DNA of 64,000 bases from Candidatus Eiseniibacteriota bacterium (GTDB taxonomy: Bacteria > Eisenbacteria > RBG-16-71-46 > CAIMUX01 > VGJL01). The notes under the pieces were generated by a model. It worked only from the letters and a program-made list of their open reading frames with translations, was not told where the DNA came from and did not search any database. This document shows, piece by piece, positions 57,046 to 64,000 of this stretch (positions are counted from its first letter, which is position 1; every line of letters starts with the position of its first letter). Position numbers and translations under genes: made by a program. The stretch covers positions 864,001 through 928,000 of the forward strand of contig CAWBWI010000001.1 of NCBI GenBank assembly GCA_963792585.1, written 5' to 3'.

Positions 57046-57785
57046 GCGCCCCGGTTCCGGGAGCCTCGATGGGGATCGAGGTGGTCCTCCACGTGGGCGG
57101 AATCGCCTACCGGTGGGACCCGCGCGTCTTTCACGATCTGGCGCACCCGGTCACATTCACGGACGCGGATCCGACCGCCTTCGGGCTCCCCACCCCTCGG
57201 GCCGCGCCACTCGCGGCTTCCGTTCTCGCCGCCACGATTCACGATCTCAATCCGCACACGACGACCCACGTCGAGGGAATCGGGCACATCGAACGTCCCG
57301 GCCCGTCGATCGGCCGCCTTCTCGACAAGAGCCTCTTCCCCGCGACCCTCGTCACGATCGTCCCGGAACGCGGGGCCGACGGCGATGCGCGCGTGCATCG
57401 CGCCCCGCTCGCGGCCGCGCTCGGCCCGTTCGATCCGTTCCAGGAAGCCGTGCTCGTCCGATCGTTGGCCGAGGGGAACGCGCAGACGCGCTTCACGGGA
57501 AGGAACCCACCCTACTTCGCGCCCGATGCGGCCGCGTTCCTCTCCGGGCGCGGCACCCGACTGCTCGTCGTCGATCTCCCCTCTCTCGATCGGGAGCAGG
57601 ACGGCGGATCCCTCGCGGCGCACCGCGCATTCCTGACCGACGCGGCGACGCCGAGAGCCGTGGTCGAGCTCGCGAGCATTCCCCCCGAGGCCTCCGACGG
57701 AAGGTATCTGCTCGAGGTCGTGGCCCTTCGCTGGGAGCTGGACGCCTCGCCGGTGCGGCCCCTCCTGTATCCCCTCACGCGATGA
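57042..57785 (+). CDS. kynB: Cyclase family protein, probable kynurenine formamidase
   Basis: NPHTTTHVEGIGH (variant of HxGTHxDxPxH), VDLPSLD, AHR, DASPVRP; coupled to kynU. Confidence 0.7.
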   Translation: MSAPVPGASMGIEVVLHVGGIAYRWDPRVFHDLAHPVTFTDADPTAFGLPTPRAAPLAASVLAATIHDLNPHTTTHVEGIGHIERPGPSIGRLLDKSLFPATLVTIVPERGADGDARVHRAPLAAALGPFDPFQEAVLVRSLAEGNAQTRFTGRNPPYFAPDAAAFLSGRGTRLLVVDLPSLDREQDGGSLAAHRAFLTDAATPRAVVELASIPPEASDGRYLLEVVALRWELDASPVRPLLYPLTR

Positions 57786-59029
57786 GCCGGGAGATGTTCG
57801 ACCGCATCCGGGCGCGATTCTACATACCCGAAGGGATCCTCTATTTCGACGGCAACTCGCTCGGCCTCCTCACGCGCGACGCAGAGTCGGAGATCCTCAG
57901 GGTGATCGAGGAATGGAAGCGCCTCGGCGTCCGCGGTTGGCTGGAGGCCGATCCTCCGTGGTTCACGCTCTGCGAGGGGCTAGCCGAGAGAATCGCACCC
58001 CTCGTGGGCGCGTCGCCCGATGCCGTCGCGGTCACCGGATCCACGACCGGCAACATCCACGCGCTCGTCTCGACCTTCTATCGCCCCGAAGGCCGCCGCA
58101 CGAGAATCCTGGCCGACCCGCTCAACTTCCCTACGGATCTCTACGCCCTCCGCGCGCAGGTCTCCCTCGCGGGTGGAGATCCCGAGCGCGATCTCGTTCT
58201 CGTTTCATCCATGGACGGCCGCACCCTTGACAGCGCGGCCCTGGTCTCCGCCATGGACGATCGCGTCGCGCTCGCCTTTCTCCCCTCGGTCCTCTATCGC
58301 AGCGGACAGTTGCTGGACGTCGAGGCGATCACCCGCGAGGCGCGCTCGCGCGGGGTCCGGATCGGATGGGACCTGTCACACTCGATCGGCGTGCTTCCGC
58401 ATGCGCTCGAAGCCTGGGGCGCCGATTTCGCCGTCTGGTGCCACTACAAGTACCTGAGCGCCGGCCCGGGCGCGGTCGCGGGCCTCTATCTGCACCCTCG
58501 TCATTTCGGGATCGTGCCGGCCCTCCCGGGCTGGTGGGGGTTTCGCAAGGATGGGCAGTTCGCGATGCGGGATCGGTTCGAGGCCGCGCCTGGCGCGGGC
58601 CGCTTCCAGATAGGCACCCCGCCGATCCTCGCCGTCGCCGCGCTGGGCGGCGCGCTTGCAATCGTCGAGGAGTGCGGTATCGAAGCGTTGCGCGCGCGCT
58701 CGCTCGACCTCACCACGCGGCTCATCGAGCGAATCGACGCGCGGCTTTCCGAAGCGGAAACGGGGTTCCGCATCGGAACGCCCCGAGCGCCGGAGCGCCG
58801 CGGCGGACACGTTGCCCTCGAGCACCCGACCATCGCCGCGCGCATGAATGCCGCACTGAAAGCGCGTGGGATCGTCCCGGACTTTCGTCCCCCGGACACG
58901 ATCCGCATCTGCCCGGCGCCGATGATCACGCGGGATTCGGATGTCGACACGCTGGTCGAGACGATTCGGGCAATCCGGGACGATCGGTCGTACGAAGCCT
59001 ACTCGAGTGTCCCCGATCCGGTCCCTTGA
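57782..59029 (+). CDS. kynU: Kynureninase
   Basis: YFDGNSLG, FPTDLY, WDLSHSIG, WCHYKYLSAGPG, RRGGHV, PDFRPPD. Confidence 0.93.
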   Translation: MSREMFDRIRARFYIPEGILYFDGNSLGLLTRDAESEILRVIEEWKRLGVRGWLEADPPWFTLCEGLAERIAPLVGASPDAVAVTGSTTGNIHALVSTFYRPEGRRTRILADPLNFPTDLYALRAQVSLAGGDPERDLVLVSSMDGRTLDSAALVSAMDDRVALAFLPSVLYRSGQLLDVEAITREARSRGVRIGWDLSHSIGVLPHALEAWGADFAVWCHYKYLSAGPGAVAGLYLHPRHFGIVPALPGWWGFRKDGQFAMRDRFEAAPGAGRFQIGTPPILAVAALGGALAIVEECGIEALRARSLDLTTRLIERIDARLSEAETGFRIGTPRAPERRGGHVALEHPTIAARMNAALKARGIVPDFRPPDTIRICPAPMITRDSDVDTLVETIRAIRDDRSYEAYSSVPDPVP

Positions 59030-59033
59030 CGGA

Positions 59034-59417
59034 TCAGCGCGCCTTCGGATCTCCCTGCATCATCCCGAAGATGTTGCCCTCGGTGTCCTTCGCATAGGCG
59101 AGCCAGCCGACACCCGGGATCGCCATCTTGGGAAGCGCGATCGATCCTCCGGCCGCCTGCACGCCTTCCATCGCCGCGTCGAGCGCGTCGACCTCGACCG
59201 TGCAGACGTAAGCGATCACCGCGGTGCCGTCGATCGTCCCCTGGCGGCGGATCAGCCCGCCGTCGATTCCGCGCGTCCCCTCCGGCCCGGTGCGGATCAG
59301 CCAGTATGTCTCCGGCCCGCCCCATGGGGTGAACTCCCATTCGAAGATCTTCCGGTAGAAGGCCATCGCCCTCTCAGGATCTTCCGCATGGATCTCGAAG
59401 TGCACGACGCGTGCCAT
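59034..59417 (-). CDS. VOC/glyoxalase family protein
   Basis: VVHFEIHAEDPERA..FY, GIDGG, DTEGNIFG. Confidence 0.9.
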   Translation of the reverse strand: MARVVHFEIHAEDPERAMAFYRKIFEWEFTPWGGPETYWLIRTGPEGTRGIDGGLIRRQGTIDGTAVIAYVCTVEVDALDAAMEGVQAAGGSIALPKMAIPGVGWLAYAKDTEGNIFGMMQGDPKAR

Positions 59418-59449
59418 CTGTGCGCTCCTCCCGGCGGCCGGTACGGTTC

Positions 59450-59911
59450 CTACCTTGCGGAGAGGGCCTCGATCACCTCGTCGACATGACCGGCGACCTT
59501 CACCTTCCGGAAGATCCGGGCGATCTTCCCCTTCTCGTCGATCAGGAAGGTGCTCCGCTCGATTCCCATGTACTTCCGCCCGTACATACTCTTCTCGACC
59601 CAGACGCCGTATGCCTCGGCGATTTCGTGGGCGGGGTCGCTGACAAGGGTGAAGGGGAGATCGAACTTCGCGCTGAACCTCTCGTGGGAACTCACGCTGT
59701 CGGGGCTGATGCCGATGACGATCGTCTTCTTGCGCGCGATGCGGGACATGTTGTCCCGGAAATCGCACGCTTCCCGCGTGCAGCCCGAAGTGTTGTCCTT
59801 CGGGTAGAAATAGAGAACGACCTTCTTGCCCTTGACGTCCCGCAGGGAGACCTCGTCACCTGCGCCGTCGAGCGCGGTGAAATCCGGGGCCTTGCCGCCG
59901 ACCTCGAGCAT
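59450..59911 (-). CDS. bcp: Thioredoxin-dependent peroxiredoxin Bcp
   Basis: LYFYPKDNTSGCTREAC, RSTFLIDE. Confidence 0.95.
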   Translation of the reverse strand: MLEVGGKAPDFTALDGAGDEVSLRDVKGKKVVLYFYPKDNTSGCTREACDFRDNMSRIARKKTIVIGISPDSVSSHERFSAKFDLPFTLVSDPAHEIAEAYGVWVEKSMYGRKYMGIERSTFLIDEKGKIARIFRKVKVAGHVDEVIEALSAR

Positions 59912-60113
59912 CCTGCCCTCCTATCGTGGAGCGAACCCGAACGGAGGACCGTCGCAGGAGGCCCGCCGTCTGTCAAGCCCGTCGCCGGTCCGGGGGCCCC
60001 TGGGAACGGGACAGATCCCTGCTCCCCTCCGGGTGCCCCACGCGGTACGATTTGCCATTGGTTTGGGGGAAGGACCGGCCCGAATGGCCGCATGCGCGAT
60101 GGAGGAGAAAGCG

Positions 60114-62801
60114 ATGAGCGAGGGTTCCATGTCCGTGGATGATCTTCAGGATCGGATGGTCTGCCGACACCAGCACCGGGACGTCGGGAAGTGGACGCTT
60201 CGGGAGGAGGGGCCGAAGTACGCGCCCGACAGGACCTGTGACGTCGAGCACATGCGGATCGAACTCTCGATCGAGCTGCCGCGCAAACGACTTCAGGCCG
60301 TCTGCACGCAGCGGCTCCGCGCGGCCTACGGCCCCTTCGAGTCGATCACCCTCGATGCGGTCGATCTCCGGATCCACTCGGTCCGGGACGGCTCCGGTCG
60401 TGACCTCGATCACACCTACCTCGGCGGCAAGCTGACGATTCGCTTTCCCCGTCCGGTCACCGATGGAGTCGACCTCTCGATCTCCTACGACGTCGATCAC
60501 CCCGCCCTTGGCCTCTATTTCATGGGTCCGAACGATGCGGAGCCCGAGGCGACGTGGCAGCTCTGGAGTCAGGGTGAAGACGAGGAGGCGCGTTACTGGA
60601 TTCCCTGTCATGACGCCCCCAACGAGCGGATGACGACCGAGATGATCGTCACGGTGGACAAACGGTACACCGTCATCTCGAACGGCGGGCTGCGCGGCGT
60701 GAAGGAGAAAGGCGGCAAGAAGACCTGGCACTGGTTCGAGTCGGTCCCGCATGTCTCCTACCTGATTACCCTCGTGGTCGGTGAGTTCGTCCAGGTCGTT
60801 CATCAGGAAAAGGGCCTGCTGGTCGATTCCTACGTGGAACCGGGCCGCGAGGCCGAGGCGCGCCGTTCCTTCGGCAAGACCCCGAAGATGATCGACTTCT
60901 TCTCCAAGGTGCTCGACTATCCGTACCCGTACGAGAAGTACACGCAGGTGGCGATCCGCCACTTCCATTTCGGGGGGATGGAGAACACCTCGGCCACCTC
61001 ACAGACCGACGGAACGCTGCACGATGAGCGCGCCGCGCTCGACTTCACGAGCGACGGGCTCGTCGCCCACGAGCTCGCCCACCAGTGGTTCGGGGATCTC
61101 CTCACGTGCAAGTCGTGGGCGCACGCATGGCTCAATGAAGGTTTCGCGACCTACTTCGAGGCAATCTGGAAGGAGCAGGACCTCGGCCGCGGGGAGTTCG
61201 ACTACGAGATGGTGACCGACGCCGCCTCCTACATGGCGGAGGGCTATCGGCGCGCGATCGTCTCGAACCGCTACGCCTACCCGCAGGACCTCTTCGACAT
61301 GCACCTCTATCCGAAGGGCGCATGGGTGCTCCACATGCTGCGTCGCAAGCTCGGCGACGAGGCCTTCTGGAAGGCGTTGCGCGTCTATGTCCGCAGGCAC
61401 GAAAAGGGATGCGTCGAGACGATCGACCTGATCCGCGCTTTCGAGGACGCGTCGGGCAAGAACCTGACCGGCTTCTTCGACCAGTGGATCATGAGCCCGG
61501 GCCACCCGGAGATCGAGGGCTCGCTCGCCTGGGAGGGCGATGACAAGCGCGTGCGGGTCACTCTCAAGCAGGCGCAGAAGGTCGAAGGGGGCATCCCCGC
61601 GGTCTTCCGGATCCCGGTGAGGGTCGAGTGTCGTCGCCCGAACGGTCGCGTCGTGGACGAGACCTTCGAGATGGATCAGCAGGAGCAGACCTTCTACATG
61701 TCGGTCCCCGAGGAGCCTGCCTCCGTTGTCGTCGATCCCGAGCAGGCCGTGCTGGCCACGTGGAAGCTCGACACCCCTGCGGAATGGCTCCGTGCGGTGC
61801 TCCTTGGCAAGACGCGGGATCCGCGCGTCTATGCCCGGGTTGTGGCGGTCCGGGGGCTCGGCGAGAAGCCGACCTTCCAGGATGAGTCGAGCCTGGGAAA
61901 GGTGCTCGCCGAGGATCCATTCTGGGGTGTGCAGGTCGAGGCGGCCCGCGCGCTCGGCAAGCTCCGCACGCCGCACGCGGAGGAGATCCTGCTGGGGGCG
62001 ATCGGGGTGAAACACCCGAAGGCGCGCCTCGCCGTGGTCCAGGCGCTCGGGGGATACCGTTCCCCCCAGGTCGCATCCGCGCTGCGCAAGATCGTCGAGA
62101 AAGGGGATGCGAGCTGGTTCGTCGAGGCGACCGCCTCCTCCTCCCTCGGCAAGACCGGACAGCCGGATATCGGGAAGACCCTGCGGGCGGCCCTTCGGAA
62201 ACCTGCTTGGCGCGATCTGATCGCGACCCACGCCGCGTTCGGTTTGGCCGCCGCCCGGGACGAGTCAGCGGTGGACGACATCCTTGTCCTCGCATCCGAT
62301 CGCAAGCGTTACTGGAACTGCAGGCTGAGCGCCCTCTACGCGCTCGCCGATCTGGGGTCGGCGCGCCCGGCCGTCGCGCCGCGCATTGCTGAAGAGATCG
62401 CTCGATTCCTGGACGATCCTTCCATCCTGGTCTCCGCCAGGGCCGCAGGCGCCATGGTCTCCCTCGGACATGAGTCGGGAGTGGGGGCGCTCCGGCGCGC
62501 CGCCTCCGCGACGTCCGATCAGCGGCAGGCCCAGAGCTATCTCATGGCTGCGGAGGAACTCGCCGCTCAGCGCAAGCGCGGGGAGGATGTCGATCGACTG
62601 CGCACCGAACTCGAAAAGCTCCGGGGCGAGGCGAAGGAGTTGAAGGAGGCGTTCGGGAAGCTCGAATCGAAGGTTTCCCCGCCGAAGAAGAGCGCTCCCG
62701 ACGGGAAGGGGGCATCGACCCGCAAGCCGGCGCCCACGAAAGCGTCCGCGAAGAAGAAGGCTGCGAAGAAGCAGGCCGCCCGGGGTCGCACATCGAGATA
62801 G
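60114..62801 (+). CDS. M1-family aminopeptidase with HEAT repeats, coiled coil and basic tail
   Basis: GGMEN, HELAHQWFG-x-WLNEGFA, YPKG; GGAGGAG SD. Confidence 0.92.
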   Translation: MSEGSMSVDDLQDRMVCRHQHRDVGKWTLREEGPKYAPDRTCDVEHMRIELSIELPRKRLQAVCTQRLRAAYGPFESITLDAVDLRIHSVRDGSGRDLDHTYLGGKLTIRFPRPVTDGVDLSISYDVDHPALGLYFMGPNDAEPEATWQLWSQGEDEEARYWIPCHDAPNERMTTEMIVTVDKRYTVISNGGLRGVKEKGGKKTWHWFESVPHVSYLITLVVGEFVQVVHQEKGLLVDSYVEPGREAEARRSFGKTPKMIDFFSKVLDYPYPYEKYTQVAIRHFHFGGMENTSATSQTDGTLHDERAALDFTSDGLVAHELAHQWFGDLLTCKSWAHAWLNEGFATYFEAIWKEQDLGRGEFDYEMVTDAASYMAEGYRRAIVSNRYAYPQDLFDMHLYPKGAWVLHMLRRKLGDEAFWKALRVYVRRHEKGCVETIDLIRAFEDASGKNLTGFFDQWIMSPGHPEIEGSLAWEGDDKRVRVTLKQAQKVEGGIPAVFRIPVRVECRRPNGRVVDETFEMDQQEQTFYMSVPEEPASVVVDPEQAVLATWKLDTPAEWLRAVLLGKTRDPRVYARVVAVRGLGEKPTFQDESSLGKVLAEDPFWGVQVEAARALGKLRTPHAEEILLGAIGVKHPKARLAVVQALGGYRSPQVASALRKIVEKGDASWFVEATASSSLGKTGQPDIGKTLRAALRKPAWRDLIATHAAFGLAAARDESAVDDILVLASDRKRYWNCRLSALYALADLGSARPAVAPRIAEEIARFLDDPSILVSARAAGAMVSLGHESGVGALRRAASATSDQRQAQSYLMAAEELAAQRKRGEDVDRLRTELEKLRGEAKELKEAFGKLESKVSPPKKSAPDGKGASTRKPAPTKASAKKKAAKKQAARGRTSR

Positions 62802-62919
62802 GCCGCACCCCGGTGTTCGATCGAGAAGGCGGCTCACGACGTTTGGGCGGTCGGCGGGCGGAATGCCCCGCCGCCGCCCTCCCAGCCGATGGAGCCCCGA
62901 ATTGAGCGCATCGGGCCGG

Positions 62920-64000
62920 TTGCTCGCCTACCGAATCAAGTGCCGCCCGGAGGATTTCCGGGTCGAGGAGGTCACCGACCTGAGGCCTTCCCGCAGCGGA
63001 CGGTACCGCCTCTATCGCCTCACGAAGACCGAGTGGAACACCGTCGACCTCATCGTCCGGCTGTCCCGCGATCTGCGTCTCCCCCGAGACGCCTTCTCGT
63101 TCGGCGGACGCAAGGACCGGCAGGCCGTGACGTCGCAGATGGTGACGATTCGCGATCGGGCGGACCGGTCCCGGCGCGGCCCCGGATACTCGCTCGAATG
63201 CATCGGCTCGATCGACGAACCGATGACGTCCCAACGGATCCGCGCCAATGAGTTCGTGATCGTCCTCAGGGACATCACCGACGGCGATATCCCGGTCGTC
63301 GAGTCGAGCACGGCCGCCGTGCGTTCCGCCGGCCTTCCGAACTACTTCGACGATCAGCGCTTCGGTTCGCTGGACCCGGATCTCGGGCTGCTGGGGGAAG
63401 CAATCCTCCGCGGACGGTGGGAGGCCGCCCTTCGCATTCACCTGACCCTTGCGGCCCCCGAGGCGCCCGACGTCGTCCGGGCGCACGGCCGGCGGATCGA
63501 TCTGATCTGGAGAAACTGGAGGGTCTGTCTCGCAGAAGCGCGATCGGTCACCGAGCGACGGATCTTCGAATACCTTCTCGCCCGCCCCACCGACTATCAG
63601 GGGGCGTGCGCGCGCATCCCCCACGATGCGATCGCGATGGCCCTCTCCGCCTTCCAATCGCATCTGTGGAATCGGATCGCCTGCTCGATCGCCGAGGACG
63701 CCGCCGTGGATACCGCCGCTGTACCCGGGCTGGCCGGCCCGTACGTCTTTCCGCTCCACTGGCGGCCCACGGCCTACGCGGGCGCGCGCAGGTTGACGAT
63801 CCCGCTTCCGGGGCCGCGGATGCGGCTGATCCACGCCGAGCTGGCGCGCACATACTTCGAGGTCCTCGCGCGCGCCGGATTGCGCGAGGACGCATTCACC
63901 CGGATCGGGCTCCCCTCGGCGGGCGTGCGCGCCGTCCCGCGCGCGTTCCTCCTGCGGCCCGATCGGCTGCGACTCCAAGGGGTCGGCCCGGACGACATGC
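62920..64000 (+). CDS. truD: tRNA pseudouridine(13) synthase TruD, runs off the window
   Basis: Hand translation (not in the ORF track): IKCRPEDFRVEE, GRKDRQAVTSQ, GLPNYFDDQRFG, SAFQSHLWN. Start could be 62863. Confidence 0.9.
   Translation, partial: MLAYRIKCRPEDFRVEEVTDLRPSRSGRYRLYRLTKTEWNTVDLIVRLSRDLRLPRDAFSFGGRKDRQAVTSQMVTIRDRADRSRRGPGYSLECIGSIDEPMTSQRIRANEFVIVLRDITDGDIPVVESSTAAVRSAGLPNYFDDQRFGSLDPDLGLLGEAILRGRWEAALRIHLTLAAPEAPDVVRAHGRRIDLIWRNWRVCLAEARSVTERRIFEYLLARPTDYQGACARIPHDAIAMALSAFQSHLWNRIACSIAEDAAVDTAAVPGLAGPYVFPLHWRPTAYAGARRLTIPLPGPRMRLIHAELARTYFEVLARAGLREDAFTRIGLPSAGVRAVPRAFLLRPDRLRLQGVGPDDM

Noticed and set aside
55760..59029. 1089-aa ORF appearing to fuse DUF1028 with kynureninase
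   Set aside because: Artefact of a frameshift near 56928. The middle is off-frame read-through over kynB, and kynU has its own ATG at 57782.
1..64000. CRISPR arrays, tRNA/rRNA, riboswitches, transposases, prophage or defence systems
   Set aside because: No repeat-spacer arrays, RNA-gene signatures or mobile-element motifs were recognizable by eye. A covariance-model search was not possible.

Overview
High-GC bacterial chromosomal window with about 50 genes, mostly on the minus strand. It has no rRNA, tRNA, CRISPR or mobile element that I can support. PorU/PorV homologs and FlgD-Ig-tailed secreted proteins suggest an FCB-affiliated candidate lineage such as Eisenbacteria (inference). Contents in order: purC (frameshifted, window edge), comEC, type IX secretion-like genes and cargo, PilZ, RNase R, a 31-aa bS22/COX24-like gene missed by the ORF track, accA, pyrE, a prion-like low-complexity protein, a stand-alone dnaE2 with an SOS-box-like site, a four-gene FN3/DUF6754 membrane cassette of unknown function, System II cytochrome c biogenesis genes, an atypical transketolase, a complete heme operon, parA, a frameshifted aconitase, a CarH-type B12 photoreceptor operon, kynB-kynU, bcp, an M1 aminopeptidase and truD. 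The most notable find is in the heme operon. Its hemD is fused in frame to an N-terminal TetR regulator, and a 20-bp palindrome with perfect 9-bp arms sits just downstream of the operon's predicted promoter. This suggests an autoregulatory enzyme-repressor of heme synthesis. Several single-base indels (purC, aconitase, DUF1028 gene) look like sequencing errors. All family calls are from motif recognition, not database searches.
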